DNA from: Candidatus Acetothermia bacterium
Lineage (GTDB): Bacteria > Bipolaricaulota > Bipolaricaulia > M55B111
Length of the DNA stretch: 40,318 nucleotides
Assembly (NCBI GenBank): GCA_046543235.1
Contig: JBKGZT010000004.1
Coordinates: forward strand, 1 to 40,318
Direction: 5' to 3'
The stretch's first letter is position 1. Every line of letters begins with the position of its first letter. The translations under genes were made by a program, and so were the position numbers. Under the pieces are notes generated by a model. It did no database searches. It was not told where the DNA came from and worked only from the letters and a program-made list of their open reading frames with translations. Positions 17,055 to 26,037 of this stretch are shown here, piece by piece.

Positions 17055-19196
17055 TCACAAATAGGGGTTAAGCCTGATCCCCCTTCTTTCGGACCTCGGA
17101 ACTATAGCCGCCAGGGACTCCAGGGTACCCTCATGATCCTCAGTTTTGACCATCAGGTAGCTCCGGCGCCCGCTTCCCTCAAGGCGATCTTCTTCTTCCC
17201 GGGGACCGAGCACAGTTAGGACGGAGGACATCCTCCCTAATTCACGTTTCAGTCCGTCGATTAGACTCCCCTGCTGGCCCTCCCCTTCTCTTATCTCTAT
17301 CTCTAACAACCCCCTGTAGGGCGGGTAATCCATGGTTTCCCGGGATTCCAGCTCTCTCTCATACAGCTCCCGCCATCCTTTTGATTTAACCATCCCAAAC
17401 GGGGCCTGGCGGGGACGGGCCCCCTGGAGATAAATTCGTCCTCCGGGACGGACGAGATCGTAGCCGAGAAACAATCTCTTTAAAAACAGCTCCGTCGAAC
17501 GGTAGGTCGGCCTGTTGAGCAGGAGGTTCACGTCCATCAGGCCAACCAGGGGGACCCACCCCCGGAAGAAAAGGCTTCCGACGAGAGAAGTTCCCAGCAG
17601 GATATCTATTTCTCCCCGGCGTAGATCCCGAACCGCGGAGGACAGAAAGCTACGGTCGTCCTCGCGGGGATCGTAACTCCGGACGCGCGCAGCGGGTAAA
17701 TACGTACCGAGCTCTTCCTTGACTTCCTTTAGCCCTCCTCCGATAAACCTTACCTCGTCGCTCCCACAGCTCGGACACTCCATTATATCCTCCTTCTCTC
17801 CGCAGTAAGGACATACGCCGTAACTTCCCTGACTCCTGAAAGCCAAAGGTACTCCACAGCTCGGACAGCGTAGGACATCTCCACAATCCCTACAGATAGC
17901 CGCATTAGACGGTCCGGCCCTCTCACCTATGATCAAAGCCGGGTTACCATCCTCGTAATTCCGTTTTAGATCCCCGAGAAAGTTATCGGTCAGCGGACTG
18001 TCCGAAGGAAACGAATCCGACTCTTCGAGTCGGAGATCAACCTTATTTTCGGGGAAATAGGAAGCGCCAGGGCCGAGAGTTTTCAACCGTCCCTTTCTCA
18101 ACCGATAATATGAATTTATCGATGGGACCCGTCCACCCTGAATCACCGGAACCTCCTCCAACCTCCCCCGTTCCTGGGCGATCTCAACCAGGTTACCCTT
18201 TGGATCCTGTTCCTTCAACTCGTAATTTCGACTACCTTCGTCCTCTATAATTATCCCCCCTAAATCAGGTAAAGGGAGGTATACCGCACTTAGCACACCG
18301 ACGAATACGTCAACACGACCGGTCCTCGCCAGTTTCCAACGATAGGCCGTTTCCCCCTTTGTAAGCTCGCTATGATAGGTTACGGTCAGTAGGTCCAGCT
18401 CCCTGTCAACGAGGCCCGAAAATTCCTTTGCCCGTGAAACGTCCGGGGTGAGAACCAGAACTGAACCGTCACCGGCAAGGATACGGATCGATTCGAGATA
18501 ACTGGCCAGACGTTCTTTACCTGGGGAGTAAAGTGATCTTACTTCGTTAGATCCTCGAAGCCCTACTAAAGCCCTGGTCAAATCCGGATCGGGTTCTAGG
18601 GAGGCAGCTCCCTTCGGAACCGACACCTCCTCCCTTCCGACCTCGGGAACGGAGACCTCTTCAACGAACCCCTTCTCCTCCAGGCTTTTCAGCGGCGACC
18701 GTGAGCTACCCGCCTTATCGAGCAACTCCGTTTTTTCGATCGGCCCATCAGCAGTCAGCAAGCCCTCAAGGAGGGTGGCCTGTTTGGGTGCCAGGGAACC
18801 GCTGTTTTCCAAAAAGTCCCGGACTTCGTCAAACGAAGCGGTCAAACGGACGGACTTTTCGCTCCGCGGTTTTACGGAAAGATCCGATGGAACCATGCGC
18901 TTAAATACCTGGCCCAGCGGCGTAAAGGTGTTAGCCTCTAACACCCGAGCGAGCTCCAGGAGGTTTTTCTCAAGTGGTTTTTCCGAAAGAACCCCTTCGA
19001 GTCGTTTCTTCTCTCCGGGAAAAGAAGCTTCCTTTCTCAGCTCGGTTACTACGGCCCGTTCGGTTTCGCCCCGAAAGGGTACGGAACAGATCGATCCCGT
19101 AGTTATCTCTCCTTCCAAGACCTCGGGAACCAAATACTCGAACCTGTTGGGTATTGGACGGAAAACGGCTACCTCTGCGTAGACCTCCTCAGACAT
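17055..19196 (-). CDS. priA: Primosomal protein N' (PriA) with degenerate helicase motifs
   Basis: N-terminal 3'-binding domain (AEVAV...FEYLVP...VPFR), YHSELT, four CxxC pairs (CRDC, CPSC, CPYC, CPSC), RELESR...YPPY, and VLGP C-terminal domain. Confidence 0.85.
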   Translation of the reverse strand: MSEEVYAEVAVFRPIPNRFEYLVPEVLEGEITTGSICSVPFRGETERAVVTELRKEASFPGEKKRLEGVLSEKPLEKNLLELARVLEANTFTPLGQVFKRMVPSDLSVKPRSEKSVRLTASFDEVRDFLENSGSLAPKQATLLEGLLTADGPIEKTELLDKAGSSRSPLKSLEEKGFVEEVSVPEVGREEVSVPKGAASLEPDPDLTRALVGLRGSNEVRSLYSPGKERLASYLESIRILAGDGSVLVLTPDVSRAKEFSGLVDRELDLLTVTYHSELTKGETAYRWKLARTGRVDVFVGVLSAVYLPLPDLGGIIIEDEGSRNYELKEQDPKGNLVEIAQERGRLEEVPVIQGGRVPSINSYYRLRKGRLKTLGPGASYFPENKVDLRLEESDSFPSDSPLTDNFLGDLKRNYEDGNPALIIGERAGPSNAAICRDCGDVLRCPSCGVPLAFRSQGSYGVCPYCGEKEDIMECPSCGSDEVRFIGGGLKEVKEELGTYLPAARVRSYDPREDDRSFLSSAVRDLRRGEIDILLGTSLVGSLFFRGWVPLVGLMDVNLLLNRPTYRSTELFLKRLFLGYDLVRPGGRIYLQGARPRQAPFGMVKSKGWRELYERELESRETMDYPPYRGLLEIEIREGEGQQGSLIDGLKRELGRMSSVLTVLGPREEEDRLEGSGRRSYLMVKTEDHEGTLESLAAIVPRSERRGIRLNPYL

Positions 19197-20067
19197 CGTC
19201 CCGCCAGGCCAGGTAGCTCAGGACTCCCTCGACGTTCATTTCGAGCTCGCCGAAAGGGATCTCGCTAGCAAACCGGTCCTCACGGGATTCCGATATCCTT
19301 TCGGCTATCCCTGACGCACCGAGACCGTTCGAGTGCAGACTTTCCACCTTCCTCACCCAGCTTTCGAGGAGGTCCCGATATGTATCCAGTAGGTTCGTGG
19401 GGGCATCCGCCGGTCCGAAGTGGGAAAATAAAAGCTTGGAAGGACCAAGCCCTTCCATCTTCTCCAGGCTTTCCAGGCTTTCTTCGAGGTTAAAGCTCGG
19501 TGGAGGGGTTGCGGGAAACAAACTACCTTTCAGATAAAGTCCAGCGGCGTCTCCGGTGAACAACCCACCCGATTCCCCGTCGAAGTAAACCAGGTGGTGG
19601 GGTGCATGGCCTGGCGTGGGCAGCGCAATTATCTCCCGCCTTCCGACCTCGATCGCCTGCTTGCCGCGGATCGGGTAGAGGTTTTCCTCGGGAACCGGTT
19701 TGAGATCACCGTACTGATCGAACCTTTTCCCGGTCGCCTTTTTCACGCTTTCCAGCAGGTCCGCGGGTTCCGCCAGGTGAGGAGCACCTTTCTCGTGAAC
19801 ATAAACCTTCAAGTCGGGAACTTCCTCGACGAGTCGTCCAACGGCGCCGCAGTGATCCAGATGGATGTGGGTTAGCAGTACCGCCTCGATATCAGAAAGG
19901 GATCGATTTTCTTCCTTGAGCCGGTTTACCAGATCCGGCAGGGACTTCGAAGTGCCGGGGTCCACGAGTCCGACTCCGGCCAAAAGATAACTTGAACCGT
20001 AATCCTGCCGGCCAAAGACACCGTTCCTGAGCAGGGAAACCCCCGGCGGTAAGCCGTCAGTTCTCAT
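19189..20067 (-). CDS. MBL-fold metallo-hydrolase
   Basis: LTHIHLDH, TPGHAPHH, FTGDAAG, PATPPP, SHFG; SD GAGG before ATG at 20067. Confidence 0.88.
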   Translation of the reverse strand: MRTDGLPPGVSLLRNGVFGRQDYGSSYLLAGVGLVDPGTSKSLPDLVNRLKEENRSLSDIEAVLLTHIHLDHCGAVGRLVEEVPDLKVYVHEKGAPHLAEPADLLESVKKATGKRFDQYGDLKPVPEENLYPIRGKQAIEVGRREIIALPTPGHAPHHLVYFDGESGGLFTGDAAGLYLKGSLFPATPPPSFNLEESLESLEKMEGLGPSKLLFSHFGPADAPTNLLDTYRDLLESWVRKVESLHSNGLGASGIAERISESREDRFASEIPFGELEMNVEGVLSYLAWRDDV

Positions 20068-20524
20068 TTTCGTTGACCTCTCCAAGCCGGTTCTCGGCGC
20101 GCTCCAGTATTTCCCGATCGTTATCGTAGGTCACTCTCTCCAGTGCTTCTTGAAACGGGAGCCAGCTGAAATCAAGGTGTTCGGAGGAGAGTTTAACTTC
20201 ACTTTGAGGACTTACCAGGGCGAGGTAATACACCACGGTCTTATCTACTTCGATTCCGCCCCTGCTAAAGCCGTAATTGACTTGCTCACGGAAGTCGGGA
20301 ATAAACTTCTCAGGCCTGAGGCCCGTTTCTTCCGCCAGCTCCCGGACCGCGGCCTCTTTTGTCGTTTCGCCCTTCTCGAGATGGCCTTTTGGAAAGCTCC
20401 AGTGGCCCCCGTTGGAGTGCTGCAATAGAAGGTATCTTCTGCTACGGGGGGAGCGCCTCGCCGCTACTACTCCTCCCGACTTCTCCTGCTCTTTCGACGA
20501 ATGGTCAGGAGAGGTTGAGCTCAT
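20057..20524 (-). CDS. Nudix hydrolase, asymmetrical Ap4A hydrolase-like
   Basis: YLLLQH...HWSFPKGHLEKGETTKEAAVRELAEETGL Nudix box, KTVVYYLA, LSSEH. Confidence 0.85.
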   Translation of the reverse strand: MSSTSPDHSSKEQEKSGGVVAARRSPRSRRYLLLQHSNGGHWSFPKGHLEKGETTKEAAVRELAEETGLRPEKFIPDFREQVNYGFSRGGIEVDKTVVYYLALVSPQSEVKLSSEHLDFSWLPFQEALERVTYDNDREILERAENRLGEVNENEN

Positions 20525-23500
20525 TGCCCTCGGCATCCAGCGCTTTCGGGCTTAGTCCAAGGCTCCTCAGCTCTCTGACCAACACCTTAAAGGACTCCGG
20601 AATTCCCGGCTTGGGCATCGGCTCGTCCTTCAATATAGCTTTATAAAGCTTAGTCCTGCCCTGAATGTCGTCCGATTTCAGGGTCAGCATTTCCTGAAGT
20701 GTGCTCGCCGCACCGTAGGCTTCCAGGGCCCAGACTTCCATCTCGCCGAACCTCTGGCCGCCGAACTGAGCTTTACCGCCAAGAGGTTGCTGGGTGATCA
20801 GGGCATACGGCCCCGTCGACCTCGCGTGAAGTTTCTCGTCGGCAATGTGCTCGAGCTTCAGTAGATACATGTGGCCTACCGTAATGGGCCTATCGAACGG
20901 CTCTCCCGTTCTGCCATCCCGGAGTATTACCTTACCGTCCTCGTCGGCTCCTTCGTCCAGCCCCTGCTTTTCTTGTTCCTCCTGAAGGTCCTGAAGGATC
21001 TCTTCCTCACCGGCACCGTCAAATACGGGTGTACTGGAATGCTCGTCCTTGAGCGAAGAAAGCCAGCCCAGATGAGTTTCAAATACCTGTCCCAGGTTCA
21101 TCCTGGAAGGAACTCCAAGTGGGTTCAGCAGAACGTCAACCGGAGTACCGTCGGGCATAAATGGCATGTCCTCTTCCGGCATTATCTTGGCAATTACACC
21201 CTTGTTGCCGTGCCTGCCCGCGAGTTTGTCCCCGATAGAAATCTTCTTCCGGGTGGCCACGTATACCTTTACCAGTTCGTTTACGCCGGTATCCAGCTCG
21301 TGCCCCCTCTTACGGGAGAACTTCTTGACCCTGATTACCTTGCCCTTGCCGGCGGTCGGAGGAAGCTTCAGCGAAGAATCCTTGACGTTCCTAGCCTGTT
21401 CTCCAAATATGGAGCGGAATATTTTTTCCTCGGGACTCGGTTCCGACTCCCCCTTCGGAGTTATCTTGCCAACCAGGACGTCGCCGGTTTCCACTTCCGT
21501 ACCCTCTCTGATTATGCCTCTCGAATCCAGGTTCTTGAGGTCTTCCTTGCTTATGTTCGGTATGTCCGCGGTGATTTCTTCCGGTCCCAGCTTGGTCTCT
21601 TCCGCTTTAACCTCGAATTCCTCTATATGAATGGAGTCGAAAAGGTCTTCCTTTACCAGACGTTCGGAAACTACGATCGCGTCCTCGTAGTTGTAGCCCT
21701 CAAAAGGCATGAACGCGACGCGAAGGTTCCGGCCCAGGGCCAGTTCACCTTCTTCGCTCGAAGAACCGTCAGCAAGCACGTCACCCTTCTCTACTTCCTC
21801 CCCGGGCGACACGAGTGGCCTCTGATGTACGAGAGTATCCTGGTTGGAACGGGTGAAGGTTTTAAGCGAATAGGTCTCGGTACTGCCGGAGTCGTTCTCC
21901 ACCTCTATCTCTTCGGCATCGACGTAAGAAACCTCGCCGGATTTCTCCGCTACTACCAGCATACCGGAATCCTGAGCCGCCTTTTTCTCCATTCCCGTAC
22001 CGACCAGAGGCGCCTCGGGGTCGACGATTGGAACGGCCTGTCGCTGCATGTTCGCACCCATCAGGGCCCGGTTGGCGTCGTCGTGTTCCAGAAAAGGAAT
22101 CAGCGACGCGGAGGGTCCGACAATTGCTTTTGGAGAGACGCCGACGAAATCAACCTCTTCCGGTGGAACCCGCCGGATGTTCTCCTGACCGGTCCTGATT
22201 TCGACCCTTTCCTCGGTAAGATAACCTTCCTCGTCTATGTCAGTGGTCGAAGGTGCGATCTTATAATTCTCTTCCTCGCCGGCCATCAGGTACTCGATCT
22301 CTCCGGTTACCTTCCCTTCTTCCACTCTCATGTAAGGGGCTTCGAGAAAGCCGTATTCGTTGACCTTGGCGTAGTTCGCCAGGGAAGTGATCAGACCGAT
22401 GTTCTGCCCCTCCGGCGTCTCGATCGGGCAAATCCTCGAATAATGCGACGGGTGGACGTCCCGGACTTCCAGCTTCGCCCGCCTCTGACTCAAACCGCCC
22501 CCGAGGGCGTTCAGTCGTCTCTTGTGGGTAAGTTCTGCCAGGGCATTCGTCTCCTCAAGGAACTGTGAAAACCGTCCCGTGTAAAAGAACTGGTTCAGAG
22601 AAGACTGGATCGGTCGTGTCGGCATCAGGTCGCGGAGGGTATCGTCGTCGTCCAGGCTAAACTTGGACAGCTTGTCTTCGGTCGTCCTAACGACCCGGTT
22701 CAAACCCCTTTCGAACGCGGAACGTGCCGCTTTCCCGGGTAAATTTACCACCTTATTTGCCAGGTGGTCCTTTTCGTCGAGAATTTCTAGGTTATCCGGA
22801 ACTTTGAGCAACAGATCCAGGGCACTAAATATATCGTTTTTGGTCAGCGCCAGAGTCTCCTCGTCCAGCCCCAGCTTGCTGTTGGCCTTGAAGCGACCGA
22901 CCTCGGAAAGAAGGTAGTTCTCCTCGTCGAAGAAGAGGCCCTTTATGTAATTCTCCATCTTGGTAGTCGAAACCCTTCCGGTCGGTCGGAGTTTTCCGTA
23001 AATAAACCTTACTGCTTCTTCCTTGCTCCGGAAATCGTCCCGCTCCAGGGTATTGCCTACGTACTCGTTTAGCAGGCTTATGGATTCCTCGGTTGCCTCG
23101 TTCAGAACCACTTCTACGTCTTCCTTCCGCAGCGTTTCCCCGGCTTCGAATATTACCTCCGAATCACGGTGGACGTCCTCGCCAAAAGTGTGGCCCACGT
23201 AACGCCGGAGATTGCTTTCCGTAACGGGATCGACCTCGAAGCTGAAGTTCGAGTAGATATCCTCCTGGTCCATACCCAGAACCCGGAGAAAAACCGTCAT
23301 GGGTACCTTGGCTTCCCTGTCGAGGTTTGCGTACAGCCTCTTCCGGTTGTCGTCGAGAACGAGCTCCAGCCAAGCACCGTAATCGGGCAAGATGTGGGCC
23401 CGATACTGGTTATTTCTCTCCGCCGTGATGTAAACCCCAGGAGCACGGGCCAGTTCGTTTACCAGAACGTTCTCCGACCCGTTTATCAGGAAAGTACCCT

Positions 23501-23837
23501 TCGGGGTCATAACCGGTATATCCGCCACGTAAAGCTCGCTCTCCAGCACCTGGTTATCTTCCCCGTCGTAGAGAAGCGCGGTTATTCGCAAAGGTCTATC
23601 GTAGGTCAAGTCCTTATCGGCGCAGTCCTCGACGCTTCCCCGCAGTTCACCCAGGGTGGGTGCAGTAAATTCCAGCTTAAAATCCGTCCTGCTTCCGGCC
23701 TCTACGGGTGATACCTCGTCGAAAACCTCTTCCAGACCTTCTTCAAGAAACCGCTCGTAGGACTCTTTCTGATCCTCCAATAAATAAGGAGGCTCGATTG
23801 CTTCACCGTAAGTACTGTAGTCCTGTCTTTCCCTCAA
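20505..23837 (-). CDS. rpoB: DNA-directed RNA polymerase beta subunit
   Basis: RDVHPSHY, CPIETPEG, PFLEHDDANRALMGANMQRQAVP, GYNYEDAI, GDKLAGRHGNKG, GGQRFGEMEVWALEAYGA; directly downstream of rplL; TTG start with SD GGAGG. Confidence 0.97.
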   Translation of the reverse strand: MRERQDYSTYGEAIEPPYLLEDQKESYERFLEEGLEEVFDEVSPVEAGSRTDFKLEFTAPTLGELRGSVEDCADKDLTYDRPLRITALLYDGEDNQVLESELYVADIPVMTPKGTFLINGSENVLVNELARAPGVYITAERNNQYRAHILPDYGAWLELVLDDNRKRLYANLDREAKVPMTVFLRVLGMDQEDIYSNFSFEVDPVTESNLRRYVGHTFGEDVHRDSEVIFEAGETLRKEDVEVVLNEATEESISLLNEYVGNTLERDDFRSKEEAVRFIYGKLRPTGRVSTTKMENYIKGLFFDEENYLLSEVGRFKANSKLGLDEETLALTKNDIFSALDLLLKVPDNLEILDEKDHLANKVVNLPGKAARSAFERGLNRVVRTTEDKLSKFSLDDDDTLRDLMPTRPIQSSLNQFFYTGRFSQFLEETNALAELTHKRRLNALGGGLSQRRAKLEVRDVHPSHYSRICPIETPEGQNIGLITSLANYAKVNEYGFLEAPYMRVEEGKVTGEIEYLMAGEEENYKIAPSTTDIDEEGYLTEERVEIRTGQENIRRVPPEEVDFVGVSPKAIVGPSASLIPFLEHDDANRALMGANMQRQAVPIVDPEAPLVGTGMEKKAAQDSGMLVVAEKSGEVSYVDAEEIEVENDSGSTETYSLKTFTRSNQDTLVHQRPLVSPGEEVEKGDVLADGSSSEEGELALGRNLRVAFMPFEGYNYEDAIVVSERLVKEDLFDSIHIEEFEVKAEETKLGPEEITADIPNISKEDLKNLDSRGIIREGTEVETGDVLVGKITPKGESEPSPEEKIFRSIFGEQARNVKDSSLKLPPTAGKGKVIRVKKFSRKRGHELDTGVNELVKVYVATRKKISIGDKLAGRHGNKGVIAKIMPEEDMPFMPDGTPVDVLLNPLGVPSRMNLGQVFETHLGWLSSLKDEHSSTPVFDGAGEEEILQDLQEEQEKQGLDEGADEDGKVILRDGRTGEPFDRPITVGHMYLLKLEHIADEKLHARSTGPYALITQQPLGGKAQFGGQRFGEMEVWALEAYGAASTLQEMLTLKSDDIQGRTKLYKAILKDEPMPKPGIPESFKVLVRELRSLGLSPKALDAEGNELNLS

Positions 23838-23877
23838 ACCGTATCCCTCCTAGGGCAAGGTGTTCCTGGCTTGTTGC

Positions 23878-24258
23878 TTACCTGAGTTCTATTTCCGCTC
23901 CAAGCTCCTCCAGCTGCTGCTGAAGGTCCTTTGCTTCGTCTTCTTCGAGCCCTTCCTGAATGGTTGCGGGGAGATCGTCAACCAGGGACTTGCATTCCTT
24001 GAGCCCTTTGCCGGTAATGTCCTTTAACTCCTTTATTACCTTTATCTTCTTCTGACCCGGATTGGTGAGGACCAGATCTATCGTTTCGGCTTCTTCGCCC
24101 CCACCGCCACCGTCACCGGCTCCTCCCTGCGGAGCGGCCGCCACCGGGGCAGCTGCCTCGGCAGAAACGTCAAATTCTTCCTCGATTGCCTCTACCAGCT
24201 CGGTCAGCTCCTTGATCGTCATGTCTCCAACTGATTCAACGATTTCTTCAGTGTCCAT
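23878..24258 (-). CDS. rplL: 50S ribosomal protein L7/L12
   Basis: ELVEAIEEEFDVSA, Ala/Gly hinge, KIKVIKE, GLKECK. Confidence 0.95.
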   Translation of the reverse strand: MDTEEIVESVGDMTIKELTELVEAIEEEFDVSAEAAAPVAAAPQGGAGDGGGGGEEAETIDLVLTNPGQKKIKVIKELKDITGKGLKECKSLVDDLPATIQEGLEEDEAKDLQQQLEELGAEIELR

Positions 24259-24317
24259 AACAGACCTCCTGTGTAGCTTATAAATAATTGGAAATAAGTC
24301 TATTCCGCAAAAAAATA

Positions 24318-24836
24318 CTACTCTTCTTTTGCTTCACGAACCTGGTTTAGTACGACCGCCAGGTCGTTCATCTTTGCCTTTAATACGAAAGCCAGATTTC
24401 GAATCGGGGATTTAAGTCCCGTAACGAAGTTAGCCAGCAGTTCCTCTTTGGACGAAAGTTTGGAAATGGCCTGGATCTCTTCCGGTTCTACCAGATCCCC
24501 TTCTATCATTCCTCCCCGTGCCTCAAAAGCATCGTATTTTTCCTCCGTATCGGAGGAAATCTTAAAGGGCAACACCGGGTCATCGTAGCCGACGGCCATG
24601 GCAATCGGCCCCTCAAGAAACTTGGGCAGATCTTCCAGACCCGCTTCTTCGGCTGCGATGCCGGCCAGGGTATTCTTGACGACCCTGTAGTCGAGACCTT
24701 CTTTCGTAAAGGCCTCCCGGAGTTCGTTCAAGTCGTTTGCGTTAATTCCCCGATAGTCAGAAAATACCAGACCCTCGGCGCGGTCGAATTTGTCCTTCAG
24801 TTCTTCCACTTCTTCTTCTTTTGCTTCCGTGACCAT
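24318..24836 (-). CDS. rplJ: 50S ribosomal protein L10
   Basis: DYRG, LR, VVKNTL, LEGP, KLSSKEELL. Confidence 0.95.
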   Translation of the reverse strand: MVTEAKEEEVEELKDKFDRAEGLVFSDYRGINANDLNELREAFTKEGLDYRVVKNTLAGIAAEEAGLEDLPKFLEGPIAMAVGYDDPVLPFKISSDTEEKYDAFEARGGMIEGDLVEPEEIQAISKLSSKEELLANFVTGLKSPIRNLAFVLKAKMNDLAVVLNQVREAKEE

Positions 24837-24888
24837 TTTTCACTCCTTGACTGAAAACCAGTACTAATATCTTCTTTCCGACGCGTTG

Positions 24889-25593
24889 CTATAACCTGTT
24901 CTCGTAAACCCTATCCCTTAACTCGTTGACCGAGATTTTCACTCCGGGTCCCATCGTCGGGGATATAGTTGCCTTCTGGACGTACCTTTCCTGGACCCCC
25001 TCTTCCGGTCTCTGATCAAATACGGAGCTCGCAAGTTCGATCAGGTTTTCCCGTAGCTCGGGGACGGAAAATGAGGCCTTGCCTATCGGGACGTGGACTA
25101 CGCCGTATTTATCCGTCCGGAATTCCACCTGACCTTTTTTTAACCGGGAGACCGCTTCACCGATATCCTCCGACACGGTATTCGACTTCGGGGAAGGCAT
25201 CATCCCTCTCGGACCAAGGATTCTCCCCAGGCGCCCTATCGTACCCATCATGTCAGGCGTAGAGACGACCTCGTCAAAATCCAGCCAGCCGTCCTCAATT
25301 CTCTCCACGGTCTCGTCGTCCCCGAGGTAGTCCGCTCCAGCCTCCTCGGCTTCGCGACGGGCCTCTCCTTTAGCAAAAGCCAGCACTTTGACTTCCTTGC
25401 CGGTACCGTTTGGCAAAACCGTGCTACCTCTTACCATTGACTGGGACGGGTTTACCCCGAGGTTCATTGCCAGATCCACGGTCTCGTCGAACTCGGCCGT
25501 AGCCGCGTCCTTGACGAGCTCCAATGCGTCTTCCAGATCGTAAAGCTTTTCCGGATCTACCTTCTCGGCCACCGCCTCGTATCTCCTGTTCAC
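24889..25593 (-). CDS. rplA: 50S ribosomal protein L1
   Basis: FDETV, VRG...[30 protein letters not shown] start overlaps the rplK stop. Confidence 0.96.
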   Translation of the reverse strand: MNRRYEAVAEKVDPEKLYDLEDALELVKDAATAEFDETVDLAMNLGVNPSQSMVRGSTVLPNGTGKEVKVLAFAKGEARREAEEAGADYLGDDETVERIEDGWLDFDEVVSTPDMMGTIGRLGRILGPRGMMPSPKSNTVSEDIGEAVSRLKKGQVEFRTDKYGVVHVPIGKASFSVPELRENLIELASSVFDQRPEEGVQERYVQKATISPTMGPGVKISVNELRDRVYENRL

Positions 25594-26021
25594 GATTCAA
25601 CCACCTCGACACCCATGCTTCTGGCCGTTCCTTCTATGATGTTTTTCGCCGAATCCAGCTTGTAAGTGTTCAGGTCGGGGAGTTTCTTCTTGGCCACCCT
25701 TTCCAGCTGTTCCTCGGTAATTTTCCCTACCTTTTCCATGTTAGGCATTGCCGAGCCGCCTTCGATGCCGGCGGCCTTCTTGATCAGTTCGGAAGCCGGT
25801 GGTTCTTTTACCTCGAAATCAAAGCTCTTGTCCGTATAAATCGTTATGTCGACGGGTATCAACACGCCCGGTTCCTTGTCGCTGGTTTCCGCGTTGAATT
25901 GATTGCAGAAATCCATGATGTTTACCTTATGCTCACCAAGAGCCGGCCCGACCGGTGGAGAAGGGTCGGCCTGACCTGCAGGTATCTGTAACTTCAAGGT
26001 AGTCTCTACACGTTTGGCCAT
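25590..26021 (-). CDS. rplK: 50S ribosomal protein L11
   Basis: [37 protein letters not shown]. Confidence 0.96.
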   Translation of the reverse strand: MAKRVETTLKLQIPAGQADPSPPVGPALGEHKVNIMDFCNQFNAETSDKEPGVLIPVDITIYTDKSFDFEVKEPPASELIKKAAGIEGGSAMPNMEKVGKITEEQLERVAKKKLPDLNTYKLDSAKNIIEGTARSMGVEVVES

Positions 26022-26037
26022 AATACTCACTTCCTCT

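Noticed and set aside
20871-22568. 565-aa plus-strand ORF
   Set aside because: Lies wholly antisense to rpoB with no recognisable motifs; a codon-bias shadow ORF, like other long antisense ORFs (e.g. 6956-7654, 11894-12571, 31494-32207).
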